NCBI RefSeq assembly: GCF_006345805.1
Contig: NC_042997.1
Coordinates: 39,928,001 to 39,992,000, forward strand
Source of the DNA: Octopus sinensis
Taxonomy: Eukaryota
DNA length: 64,000 bases
Reading direction: 5' to 3'
In this document: positions 26,518-39,262 of the stretch, in pieces
How positions within the stretch are numbered: the first letter of the stretch is position 1
Layout: every line of letters begins with the position of its first letter
Translations under genes and position numbers: made by a program
Notes under the pieces: generated by a model
Told to the model about the DNA's origin: nothing
The model's input: only the letters and a program-made list of their open reading frames with translations
Databases searched by the model: none

Positions 26518-26652
26518 CGAGGGGGTGTTGAAAAGTTCCTGGCTTTAAGGGTGTCGCTGTAAAAAGTGTGCGAATCTGAGAAGGGGAATATGTTGAGTAA
26601 AATCATTAATAACTGATCCTCCTGCATTTTCTTTACTTTTCAGCACCCCTCG
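26518..26652. mobile_element. Internally deleted mariner (MITE-sized)
   Basis: TIRs CGAGGGGGTGTTGAAAAG / CTTTTCAGCACCCCTCG. TA follows the right end. Confidence 0.8.
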
Positions 26653-26709
26653 TACGTACGTATATATATATATACGTATGTGACCTCAAAATGTGACCTC
26701 GTGTGTACC

Positions 26710-26895
26710 GTTGGCGATTTGTTTTTCCTCTGTCTTCCCTTCTCTGGATCTTTCCTTCTCCTATGTTTCCGCCGAAGAGCTCCGCTCGAAACGTTAAACC
26801 CTCCTTCTTTCCTTCTTTCCTGAGCGTCCAATAATACTATATTTGTTCCACGTCCTCGCGTTGTTGTGTTTTTTTGTGCTTTCTTGTTTGGATTA

Positions 26896-26900
<5 letters not shown>
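26710..26900 (+). mobile_element. Penelope-like terminal fragment with a mutated hammerhead motif (26765-26799)
   Basis: Near-identical to 33955-34138. The core reads CCGCCGA instead of CCGACGA. Confidence 0.72.
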
Positions 26901-26950
<50 letters not shown>

Positions 26951-26955
<5 letters not shown>

Positions 26956-27123
26956 CTTGATCACCTTGACCGACCAGTCCGTCGGGTTTCCATTTGACAC
27001 CGCTGGTCACAGCACGCTGTCCACTCCTCTCTGGATTGAGCCTTTCTCATCCACGTGATCCCAATCGTCCTCATGAAATCGTAACTCCACCGCCGTGGAG
27101 GCCTTCCGGGAGGATGTCTGGAT
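26951..27123 (-). mobile_element. RTE-clade LINE 3' end (copy 1)
   Basis: Minus-strand frame PPGRPPRRWSYDFMRTIGITWMRKAQSREEW is an RTE C-terminal motif. Tail is (TCAAGGTGA)2. Confidence 0.8.
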
Positions 27124-27527
27124 ATATATATATATGAATAAATGAAAGAATGGAGTCGAACGAAGATGTTAACAAAATTCCTTTACTCTCGACATATGTT
27201 TCGAAGACCACATGGTCCCTTTCTTTCCTGATGAGAAGATTGCATCATACACCCTTTATTCCTTTGGAATGAAACCATGTGGTCTTCGAAATATAAGTCG
27301 AGAGTAAAGGAATTTTGTTAACGTCTTCGTTCGACTCCATTCTTTCATTTATTCATATATAACACACAAATTTCTGCAAATGAACCCGGAGTTTCTACCC
27401 TTGGACAAGTCGCTTAACCGTGTTTCTGACGCGAATTTGCTACCCTGGTATCGGTTCAACGAATTTTCCATGCTGACGATAAACATAGGATAATTCATTC
27501 ACCTATTGAAATACTAATATATATATA

Positions 27528-27562
<35 letters not shown>

Positions 27563-27583
27563 GATATATATATATATATATAT

Positions 27584-27755
27584 ATCACTTGATCACCTTG
27601 ACCGACCAGTCCGTCGGGTTTCCATTTGACACCGCTGGTCACAGCACGCTGTCCACTCCTCTCTGGATTGAGCCTTTCTCATCCACGTGATCCCAATCGT
27701 CCTCATGAAATCGTAACTCCACCGCCGTGGAGGCCTTCCGGGAGGATGTCTGGAT
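27584..27755 (-). mobile_element. RTE-clade LINE 3' end (copy 2, from the tandem duplication)
   Basis: Duplicate of 26951-27123. Confidence 0.8.
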
Positions 27756-28147
27756 ATATATATATATATGAATAAATGAAAGAATGGAGTCGAACGAAGA
27801 TGTTAACAAAATTCCTTTACTCTCGACATATGTTCGAAGACCACATGGTCCCTTTCTTTCCTGATGAGAAGATTGCATCATACACCCTTTATTCCTTTGG
27901 AATGAAACCATGTGGTCTTCGAAATATATGTCGAGAGTAAAGGAATTTTGTTAACGTCTTCGTTCGACTCCATTCTTTCATTTATTCATATATAACACAC
28001 AAATTTCTGCAAATGAACCCGGAGTTTCTACCCTTGGACAAGTCGCTTCAACCGTGTTTCTGACGCGAATTTGCTACCCTGGTATCGGTTCAACGAATTT
28101 TCCATGCTGACGATAAACATAGGATAATTCATTCACCTATTGAAATA

Positions 28148-28200
<53 letters not shown>

Positions 28201-28204
28201 GTAT

Positions 28205-28414
28205 ATGTTTGTGTGTCAGTGTTTGTTACCCCCTCCCCCAACATCACTTGACAACCGATGCTGGTGTGTTTACGTCACCGTCACTTAGCGGTTCAGCAAG
28301 AGAAACCGATAGAATAAGTACTAGGCTTACAAAGAATAAGACCTGGGGTCGATTTGCTCGACTAAAGCGATGCTCCAGCGTGGCCGCAGTCAAATGACTG
28401 AAACAAACAAAAGA
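28205..28414 (+). mobile_element. SINE family C, 3' half
   Basis: Runs from the internal microsatellite to the CCAGCGTGGCCGCAGTCAAATGACTGAAAC tail. Confidence 0.88.
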
Positions 28415-29396
28415 ATATCAATTAAACTTAAAATGGCAATGTGATTTATTATATGGAACTCCAGCACACAGAAAGGCCACCAGATAGTATACACTCATAA
28501 TAAAACGAAAAACTTCAAATAATGAAGAATTAATAAATCTGGATCTTTGCCTTGGAAATTAAATTGTATATAATGGCAATTAAATTGTACACAATGGCAC
28601 AATATCAATTTCAAAATTGATGACTCAATACAGGACATTTCAATATTCAAAGGATTGTAATGAATGTGACGCCGATAGTAATTTCAAGCTAACTCATTCA
28701 TTTGTAAGCAACTGGACAGCATTTTCAGAATTCCATTATAGTATTACACGCCTTCTTTAAATCGAATGTTTGTGATGTTATTATTTCCATAGCAATATTT
28801 TATGAATTTCCAAATTGTCTGTCAAATAATAAAATCTTTACGATATACTACGTATGTTTATTCTTTAACAAGAACACTCAAATAGATTTTTATAGATAAT
28901 TTATTCCCTTATAAGAATCTCTTTGTCTTTTAATGTTTGTGGGTAGAGTATATAAATGGCATGAGAGCCAAATTGTTGCTGTTACTGAAATAACAGCGGA
29001 ACTGGAGACAATATATTTCAAATTTTCAGAAAGCAACATACAAACGAAGCATTATGGTGAGTAGTTTTTAAATATGGCTGTTATATAATACTTCAATTAT
29101 AGCTAATAAAGCTTTTATGAATGATAGGAATAGGAGAAAAATATTTCTCGTTGATAGAATGGACCTTAAGGAAAAAGAAAACGAAACAAACGTTTACGTA
29201 AATGCGTTCGTTCTATTCTTGTATATGTTTGTTAAAAATATTTGTGTTTTATTCTATTTATAAAACAAGAGCTCTTTGAATTCTTGCATCGGTCTAATCG
29301 ACAATATACACACCACTCTCTCTCATACTGGAGCATTTATGCCTATGTTATAAATCAATATTTACTATAAGGAGGAATAATGGTGTTTCTTGTATA

Positions 29397-29720
29397 GAAG
29401 ACTCCGCCGGTTACGACGACGAGGGTCCCAGCTGATACGATCAACGGAACAGCTTGCTCGTGAAATTAACGTGCAAATGGCTTAGCATTCCACAGACACG
29501 TGTACCCTTAACGTAGTTCTCGGGGATAATCAGCGTGACACAGAGAGTGACAAGGCTGACCCTTTGAAATACAAGTACAACTCATTTTTGCCAGCTCAGT
29601 GGACTGGAGCAACGTGAAATAAAGTGTCTTGCTCAAGGACACAACGCGTCGCCGGGAATCGAACTCACAACCTTACGATCATGAGCCGAATGCCCTAACC
29701 ACTAAGCCACGCGCCCTCAC
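29397..29720 (-). mobile_element. SINE sharing the 3' half of family A but with a different tRNA head and a CORE-like domain
   Basis: Head GGGCGCGTGGCTTAGTGG...GAGTTCGATTCCC and GTCCTTGAGCAAGACAC. 13-bp TSD TGTTTCTTGTATA at 29384-29396 and 29721-29733. Confidence 0.92.
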
Positions 29721-29817
29721 TGTTTCTTGTATAACACCTGTTTCAGTAAGTGGCCGATATAACTGACATTAATATAGGAATCGTCCAAGGTGGCAACTTG
29801 ATTTTTATTATATAATA

Positions 29818-30213
29818 CTAGCAGTATCGCCCGGCGTTGCTCGGGTTTGTAAGGGAAATAACTATATAAGCATTTATAGAGATGTAAAATATAATAGCCA
29901 TCTAAATATGGCTAACCACAAAGGGGTGGTGTTACTGTAGCTTTTTACGTTCTGAGATTTAATAATACATTTTTAGAGAGTTACTTCCCTTATATATGCC
30001 AAAAATGCATTAAAAATGGGAAAAATTGATGGTAAATTTTTTTTTAAATCGTAGACTCATCGTAGACGCGCGCTAATACACAGAAGGGCTCGATATGAAT
30101 CACAACTATAAGATACCCGGTTTTGGTTAAACTGCACCGCAAAATGTGGGAGTAGTTAGGAATCTAAATCGTAGGAGACAGACAGCACACAACCTCTCTT
30201 TTATATATAAAGA
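29818..30213 (-). mobile_element. Non-autonomous Helitron, family 1
   Basis: Reverse complement of 16782-17165, with A|TC and CTAG|T junctions at a different site. Confidence 0.88.
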
Positions 30214-30776
30214 TATGAGAACAATAACACGACAAAAATATATCAATCATGAAGCTTAAGAAACCAACGACAATGAAGGGTAAGTATATAATAAACATCT
30301 TAAATATATTAAAAATTCTTTGTAGAGTTTTGAAACACAGATTTTAAAATAACAATTGACAGCTATAGGAATTTCAAATTGTGTGTTGCCAGTCTTGAGA
30401 TTTAAGAATAATGATTACCAGTCGTGTAATAGAAATGTGTGGATACACCAATCGTGAGGCCAAGATTTCAAACACACCATAGTCGCCTCTCTGTCTGGAT
30501 CTTCATTAAGTACACTTTTCCTAATTATATAAAGTTAAACTTGGTCGTTCGATTTGCCTTTAAACTTCACAGAAAAATATTAATGAGTAAAGATCTAAAA
30601 AAGAAAAGAAAAGCAAAAAAATATTAACATCCCAGCACGAGATATTAATTATGGGGTAATGCAACGAAGCAGCGAGATTTCGGCTACAGTATACATAAAT
30701 GTATCGATTTCCAAGCGAGATTTTTAAGTGGAAGATAATCAATCAGTTAGAGAATAGATCTGATACATACTGGAAA

Positions 30777-31433
30777 TCTCTCTATATATAAAACTGAGAA
30801 TGTGTATCTGTCTGTCTGTCTGTGTGTTTCCTTAAAACTTGAGAACTACACAACCAATTTTATTCAAATTTTACACATGCCTTACTTAGGGACCATGTAG
30901 TTTCATGGGCAATTTTCAACTTCTTGCCTAGGGCGAGCCCATAGCAATATCATATCTTCTCCACTATTTCAGTATTACGTGTTAAAAGTGAAACAAAAAC
31001 ATTTCTCTATTTTATGTAAGATACTTTCACTTTAACAATAACAATTAGAGATAATAATAACAACTGAATTATATGTAGTAAGTAATAATTAAAATCAAAC
31101 TAAAGTATAATATAATCGTAACATAACAAAAGTAAAAATAGCAATTGGTATAAAATTGCATCAATGACTTGAACTTGAATAAGTGGTTTCACATGAATGG
31201 GAATAAATTAAAAATAAAATTAGCGTGCAGAAATGGAATAGTCCTACAATTCCAGTCTGTTATATATTTTCAGTATTGTTATCACTAGCGATATCAAGAT
31301 ATAACTTTGTATTTTGTATTTTATGTGTAGATGTATATATATATATAAATGTAAATGTAATATGTACACATTTATATACACATATATACATGCACTAGCA
31401 CTATGACCCGGCAAAGACGGGTCATAATGCTAG
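30777..31433 (+). mobile_element. Non-autonomous Helitron, family 2
   Basis: A|TCTCTCTATATATAAAA 5' end and a (CTGT)n patch. 3' hairpin TATGACCCG-GCAAAGA-CGGGTCATA, then CTAG|T. Confidence 0.75.
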
Positions 31434-32082
31434 TACAATATATTTTGAAACATCCTCTTTGTAATTTGAAAGTGATCATTTATAAGTCATGCAAACAACA
31501 TAGGGCAATCGTGGGTGCAACACCTTAACCATTAAGCCATGCGCCTTCACACACACACATACACACACACGCACACACATCTGAAATGTGTGTGTGCATG
31601 TGCCTCTGTGTGTGTGCGAATGTGTGTGTGTGTAGGAATATTCTGTTATTTTATTGGCTTGCTCATAAGTTATGTGTATTAGATGTCATTCGCAAATCGT
31701 AATAAGGTAGAAGTTAAAATAATTATTATTAACAACAGCATACCAGCACGGTGAAATTGCATATGGATTTGTATGAAATTATAAACTGCTTAACATTGAT
31801 TCTGAGGAGACCAATGTCCGATACAAAGTGAGATATAATTACCAATTCAACTTTTCTCCAATTTCATAGATATATTTATTGATCTTTCTACTTTTTCATT
31901 GCATTACCGAGAAAAAAAAAAGAAACAAAGAAAAGGATAAAACAATACAAAAATATGTAGCTCGTCCGTACACCCACACTTATACACCAGCACACATTTA
32001 AATGCTTACACATAAAAACATATATGTATGCGTGTGTTTATATACATATATATGTATATACATATACATACAAATATATCTG

Positions 32083-32430
<348 letters not shown>

Positions 32431-32442
32431 CATACAAATATA

Positions 32443-32520
<78 letters not shown>

Positions 32521-32548
32521 TATATATATATATATATAATATATATAT

Positions 32549-32595
<47 letters not shown>

Positions 32596-32674
32596 CATAC
32601 AAATATATCTGTATATATATATATACATATATATATATATACACACATATATATACATATATATATACACATAT

Positions 32675-33084
32675 TACTCTTTACTCTTTTACTTGTTTCA
32701 GTCATTTGACTGCGGCCATGCTGGAGCACCGCCTTTAGTCGAGCAAATCGACCCCGGATCTCATTCTTTGTAAGCCCAGTACTTATTCTATCGGTCTCTT
32801 TTGCCGCTAAGTGACGGGGACGTAAACACACCAGCATCGGTTGTCAAGCAATGCTAGGGGGACAAACACACACACAAACACACACACATACACACATATA
32901 TACATATATATACATATATACGACAGGTTTCTTTCAGTTTCCGTCTACCAAATCCACTCACAAGGCATTGGTCGTCCCGGGGCTATAGCAGAAGACACTT
33001 GCCCAAGATGCCACGCAGTGGGACTGAACCCGGAACCATGTGGTTGGTTAGCAAGCTACTTACCATACAGCCACTCCTGCGCCT
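32675..33084 (-). mobile_element. SINE family C, full length
   Basis: Head, CORE-like domain, internal microsatellite and tail. Confidence 0.92.
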
Positions 33085-33707
33085 ATGTATATATGTATAT
33101 ATATGTATATATATGTATGCATGTATGTATATATATATATATGTATGTATATGTTTACACACACACACACACATACATATAACACGCTTAAATAATTGGA
33201 AGAAAAAAATAAAATATTTGTAGGAATGTTTAACATTGAATGTATTTGAGATTAGCTCCCAGAGAATCCTATTACAGGCAATTAACTTTGAAAAATAATC
33301 CAGAATTAAGTGAAAATCCGGTATCCACAAGAATTAATTATCATTAAAGTGGGAGCATAGAAGCTGTGGAGCGTATTACGAACTATTTATTATATTTGCA
33401 TAATTATGCATACGTCAATATATTCAATTATATGATGTCCTTGTACAATGACTTGTTCAAATTACTTTTTCTCTATTTTCTTTCTCTTCTTCTCCAAATC
33501 GTTTTACGCATATTTAGTCGGTGAGGACGTCGCTGTGCATGGCAGAGATATAATGAAAATATTGTTTAGGTGTTTTGGCGGATGCAAACATAAAATATAT
33601 TACAAAATATAGATATAAACATGTGTAAATATCCCCCATTTTGAACATTTCTGCTTGCAGCTTTCCATACATTTTCCCTCAAATGATATGATATGATATG
33701 ATATGAT

Positions 33708-33778
<71 letters not shown>

Positions 33779-33954
33779 CGCAAATGTCGATCTTTGAGAG
33801 TGAATGTCCGACACGGTATTGGTGGATAAAATTTCGTCATTTGTGTATTACGGCTATCATTCGTTTCATTGTTAAGAAAAAAAATTTTTAAGCCATTCTC
33901 GTAGAGGAATGGTGTTCGCCTCCAATTTGGATTTTTCTTATATATATATATATA

Positions 33955-34138
33955 TATGGCGATTTTTTTTCCTCTGTCTTCCCTTCTCGGGATCTTTCCT
34001 TCTCCTATGTTTCCGACGAAGAGCTCCGCTCGAAACGTTAAACCCTCCTTCTTCCCTTCTTTCCTGAGCGTCCAATAATACTATATTTGTTCCACGTCCT
34101 CACATTGTTGTGTTTTTTGTGTTTTCTTATTTGGATTT
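33955..34138 (+). mobile_element. Penelope-like terminal fragment
   Basis: Follows (TA)n, carries a hammerhead motif, and has a homolog at 26710. Confidence 0.72.
34009..34043 (+). ncRNA. Minimal type I hammerhead ribozyme motif
   Basis: GTTT-CCGACGA-A-GAGC-TCC-GCTC-GAAAC-GT-T-AAAC: stem I GTTT/AAAC, stem II GAGC/GCTC, palindromic stem III, and a GUU site. Confidence 0.7.
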
Positions 34139-34140
34139 GC

Positions 34141-34573
34141 GGTCCACACACTTCTTCCATCAGAGTTACAGCGCTTGGATCCTTTTAATGAAGAAACTTT
34201 AATCTTGTTTGTCGCAAAAGTCATTCACAGCAGACATGACGTCACCATCATTGCATCATAGATTCCAGACAAGTGCTTTTTCGTGTCGGGGAACGGGGGA
34301 GAGTCATATAGGCCCAAATCAGGAGAACAGGGCTGCTGACCAATCAGTTCAAAGCCACAACCATGCTCAACAGCTACTGAAACGAAGGACTTGTGTGCTA
34401 GAGCATTGTCCTGATGATACAAGACTCCTTTCGTCAGTTTTCCTGGGCGTTTAGTCTCGATAGCTTTTCGTAACTGCCTCAGCAAGTTGGCATAATACTC
34501 TCCATTGATGGTGTGGTCCTTCTGAAGCTAGTCAATAAACACATGCCTTTTGCATCCTCCAAAACTGAGGCCA
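34141..34573 (-). mobile_element. Mariner transposase C-terminal remnant
   Basis: ORF 34225-34485 reads LRQLRKAI..KRPGKLTKGVLYHQDNA..H...CSPDL. Confidence 0.9.
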
Positions 34574-34984
34574 TCACTGAGGCTGCTGTATTAAAGAACA
34601 ATGACATTTAAGTTTGATTACATCTTTTTTTTAACTAAGACCAATAAAAATCTTTCTCTAAATTTTCAAACAAGGTCTCCACTTGTTGGAATTTATTTTT
34701 TGTATTTGGAACTTCAAAATGCTGTCTTCATTTGGTCATAATGTTTTAACGTTCACAAATTCAAATGCTTCGCCTGGCATTGCAGCAATCATATGAAATT
34801 TCTATGCTACTTTAGCGTGCGGCCTACAGAACTATCTGTAGTCTGTGCTGTGAAATGACCTGAACTGGATTAGGGTTAGGCTTACTATAAAATTATAGAT
34901 TGAAAACTAAGTAGACCAAGGTGTGTTAGTACTTCCTCGTGTCTACACAAGAAATCTTGTTCTTCATGAGCGTCGTTGTCAAAC

Positions 34985-35135
34985 TTCATGTTTTGAGTGC
35001 AAATTCCGACGAGGTCGACTTTGCTTTCATTCTCCTCGGGGTCGACAAAATCATTACGAGTTAAGCCCTGGGGTCAATGTAATCGATTTATTCTCTCCTC
35101 AAAATTGTTGGCCTTGTGCCAAAATTTGAAACCAT
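34985..35135 (+). mobile_element. Old SINE related to family B
   Basis: AAATTCCGACGAGGTCGACTTTG through TGGCCTTGTGCCAAAATTTGAAA. Confidence 0.75.
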
Positions 35136-35380
35136 TATTTACTTATCCTAATTTTGTTTGTGGTTTTAAGTTTCAATTGCATAGGCTTTGGAAAACATTT
35201 TAGAGAAATTTCGATATCGATAAACAACTTCAGTTTACTTTGTTGAATAGATTTAAAATATATTTCATAAATTCGTTTCTGGTGTTATTAGAAGACACAC
35301 ATTCTCATATATTCCATACATACACACACATGCGCACGCGAACACGCACATACACACACACTCACACAGACATATACGCA

Positions 35381-35523
35381 CAGTGGTGTAGCTAGAGAGT
35401 GTACCCTCCGGAGGCCTTGATTTCGCTGCCCATCGTCTCGCCTCCTATACAAGCTTATACAGCTGACCCATAAAAACTCCGCCCGTAGCGGAACGCTTCC
35501 TCACCCCACTAGCTACGCCACTG
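35381..35523. mobile_element. Short hAT-like MITE
   Basis: 15-bp TIR CAGTGGTGTAGCTAG / CTAGCTACGCCACTG with one mismatch. The TSD is obscured by (CA)n. Confidence 0.7.
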
Positions 35524-35807
35524 CACACACACGCACACCTGCACTCACCCCCCAAACATATTTACACAAAACACATACCAAGTCATTTTCACTATACGGT
35601 TACACTTAATATTTCTAGGTTTTCTCTGATTTGTGCTTATTGGTTAGGCTGATGAATTACATGTCTGAATGTGTAATATAATGTGGTTACAAATGAGCAA
35701 AAAAATATACGCTTTTGCTTAGGTTATTGTTATGGAAATGAATTTCCTATTGAACTCGCTGGGAAGTTGGCCTTATTTATTGTCTTCCTAATATTTTCAA
35801 GTAACCT

Positions 35808-36000
35808 AAGGCGATGAACTGGCAAAACTTTTAGCATGCTGAACAAAATACTTAGCAACATTTTCCCGGCTTTAGGTTGACTTTACGTTTCATCCTTTCG
35901 GGATCGATAAAATAAGTACCAGTTGAGCAGTAAGGTCGATGTAATCGACTTAACCCTCTCCCCTGAAATTTCTGGCTTTGTGCCAAAATTCGAAACTAAT
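35808..36000 (+). mobile_element. Old SINE related to family B
   Basis: Diverged head AAGGCGATGAACTGGCA, central domain, and GTGCCAAAATTCGAAA end. Confidence 0.72.
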
Positions 36001-36330
36001 ATTTTCATGTGACTTCACTGCCAGCGATAGAAATGTGTTTCGGAAACTAAAGGTACGCTAAAATACCCGAAACAGAGATAACGAATTATACGCTATACGC
36101 TATCTCCGTGAGTTGAGAAAGTGAAGAACTCATCGTCTTTCTGCCTACCAATCTTATTTCTATCATTGTTTAGCGCTTATTCAGATTCGTGTAGAATAAT
36201 CAAACAATTATAAAGACGAATATCTTCGGTGACTGCCTGCTTCATAAGTTACGTAAACCACTGACCCCCCCCCCCGCCAAAAAAAATGTGAAATTGTTTA
36301 CTGGATATGTTCTGTAAAACATACTGTAAT

Positions 36331-36576
36331 GAATGGTTGTATACTGTCAATCTAACAAGAACGTGACAGTAGGGGGTACACCACCGCTGTATAGCCCTAG
36401 GAAGCATCGAACGCCTCCTGATGGCTTTGACACATTTCTCCCTGTGTCCTTATATACATATACGAAGAAAAATGTGTCAAAGCCATCAGGAGGCGTTCGA
36501 TGCTTCCTAGGGCTATACAGCGGTGGTGTACCCCCTACTGTCACGTTCTTGTTAGATTGACAGTATACAACCATTC
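36331..36576. repeat. Perfect 107-bp inverted repeat with a 32-bp spacer
   Basis: 36331-36437 is the exact reverse complement of 36470-36576. The ORF track gives mirror translations on both strands. Confidence 0.97.
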
Positions 36577-36744
36577 TGTCGTCCCACCACCGTACATGTC
36601 TCTACGAGAGATTTAGAAATTCAATATTTCTTATACTGTAATGATTAGCATTAAAAGCAACTGTGGATAACACTTCAGAGGGCTAATTCTTTTATACTTG
36701 ATTAAGCATGATTGATGTGTTTATGAATGAATGTGAGTGTGCGC

Positions 36745-37198
36745 CAGCGCTAGATTAACCCATTAAACAAAATAAGCAAGTTCTTAGGGCATCAAGGGAC
36801 AGGAGCGACACAGAAATGAAAATGGTTTACGGCACGAAAGAAATCACTTTAAACTTGCTATGACAATATTCGTAACGTCCTATCTCTACTAAGTGTAGAA
36901 GCGGAAGTTTTACGTAAAATGAATTTTAACGGCATCATCGAACAGTGTGCAAAAAAAAAAAGAAAATGAAAGAGAAAACATTTGAAATATAAATAAATTG
37001 GAAGCATACAAAAATAAGAATTATTTTCCATGTTTCTGTGAATTTTGTTTCATTTTCAAAATTAAAGAATTGTTTAATGGTTTATCATCGTTTACATTTT
37101 GAATTATTTTTGTTTACATTTTGAACCATTTACATATACTTAAGGGCACCAAAACCTTTTAAGTGCTTAGGACCTCTGTGGGTCTTAATACGATCCTG
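36745..37198. mobile_element. Degenerate hAT-like MITE
   Basis: Ends CAGCGCTAGATTAA / TTAATACGATCCTG resemble CAGGGCCGGATTAA-type TIRs. No clean TSD. Confidence 0.45.
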
Positions 37199-37274
37199 GT
37201 GTCTATGTGTGCGTGCACACACACAAACACACACACATATATTGGAATAATATATATATATATATATATATATA

Positions 37275-37649
<375 letters not shown>

Positions 37650-37661
37650 ATATATATATAT

Positions 37662-37997
37662 AGGCGCAGGAGTGGCTGTGTGGTAAGTAGCTTGCTTACC
37701 AACCACATGGTTCCGAGTTCATTCCCACTGCGTGGCACCTTGGGCAAGTGTCTTCTACTATAGCCTCGGGCTGACCAAAGCCTTGTGAGTGGATTTGGTA
37801 GACGGAAACTGAAAGAAACCCGTCGTATGTGTGTGTATATTTTTGTGTGTTTATCCCCCAACATCGCTTGACAACCAATGCTGACAGAATAAGTACTAGG
37901 CTTCCAAAGAATAAGTCCTGGAGTCGATTTGCTTGGCTAAAGGCGTTGCTCCAGCATAGCCGCAGTCAAATGACTGAAACAAGTAAAAGAGCAAAGA
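37662..37997 (+). mobile_element. SINE family C with an internal deletion
   Basis: Head AGGCGCAGGAGTGGCTGTGTGG and tail are present. Confidence 0.9.
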
Positions 37998-38420
37998 GAG
38001 AGTATATATATATATACAGAGAGAGAGAGAGAGAGAGAGAGAAAGAAAGAAAGAGAGAGAGAGAGAGAGGGAGGGGAGAGTGAAAGAGAGAGGGAGAAAG
38101 AAAGAGAAAGGGACAGGAGAAGAGGAGAGAGAAGTTGAGAGATAATGATCACTTATTACATAAGTCAGACATTACTGCATTTGTACTTAACATACCGAAC
38201 GCTCTCCTAAAGTAGTTTAGCTCGGCAATATTGTTGGTCGGTGTTTATATTGATCAGTGTTATTCCAATATCTAAACAATGACTTCTCAAGTGCTAGTTT
38301 TATTCAAAAACGAACTTGCTAAATACACCATCCTAAAAAAAACATGAAATTATTTAGGCAACATTTACATTTTTAGTAACCGATCGCATTTTCATAGGCC
38401 AAAAAAAAAAACTACTGACA

Positions 38421-38587
38421 GGACACAGGCATGGTTGCATGGTTAAAAGGTTCGCTTCACTAACCATATAAGCCTCCAGGTTCAGTTCTACTGCGTTACA
38501 CCTTGGGTACTGTCTTCTGTAGTGGCGAAACCGACTAGTGTCTTGCGAGTGAATTTGATAGGCGGGAACTTAGTAGAAGCCTATTGC
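38421..38587 (+). mobile_element. Old SINE C-like 5' half
   Basis: Diverged A and B boxes and CCTTGGGTACTGTCTTCTG. Confidence 0.6.
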
Positions 38588-38589
38588 GA

Positions 38590-38810
38590 CTATAGGACGA
38601 GGAGGCTGGATAGCTACGCGTTGGCCAGACGTCGTTGTTGGTGACTTGGTCAGTGTACTTGATGTCCAGGATTCTTCTCGAGCACCTGTCTGGAGTAGAT
38701 GCTCCAGGCCTCACTGTCCTAAAACGGTGTGCTGCGGACACAAGCACTATAGATAGACGGTGACCTTGGGGTACGTTAGCTAGTTGTTTTCTCAGACACT
38801 CTTTGTCTGG
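38590..38810 (-). pseudogene. RTE-type LINE post-RT fragment
   Basis: Minus strand: KVTVYL followed by RCSRRILDIKYTDQVTNNDV. Confidence 0.65.
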
Positions 38811-38813
38811 GAA

Positions 38814-38864
<51 letters not shown>

Positions 38865-38891
38865 TATATATATTATATATATATATATATA

Positions 38892-39112
38892 TAATTTACA
38901 GAATAAGGGCAAAAGAAAAATTCTAATGCCAAATATGCCGAAAAAAAGACAAAAATTGTCAATAACCATTATAATTTATGAGTCTCGAAACAAACCGATA
39001 GAAATCGATTTGTTTTGAGACGCATAAATTATAATGGTTATTGACAATTTTTGTCTTTTTTTTCGGCATATTTGGCATTAGAATTTTTCTTTTGCCCTTA
39101 TTCTGTAAATTA
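38892..39112. repeat. Near-perfect ~108-bp palindrome with a 4-nt loop, next to (TA)n
   Basis: 38892-38999 versus 39004-39112, with three mismatches near the loop and one homopolymer indel. Confidence 0.95.
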
Positions 39113-39200
39113 TTTAAAAATTTAACCTTTGAAGGTATTTTTTTGATATGCTGGCCATTGATAAAATTTTTTCCCGAAAAAAATTTTATCCTACATTAGT

Positions 39201-39262
<62 letters not shown>

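Larger units (their letters stand above)
26951..28151. repeat. Tandem duplication of a ~568-bp unit (26951-27517 and 27584-28151) bounded by (TA)n
   Basis: The two units differ only by a few substitutions and single-base indels. Confidence 0.95.
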
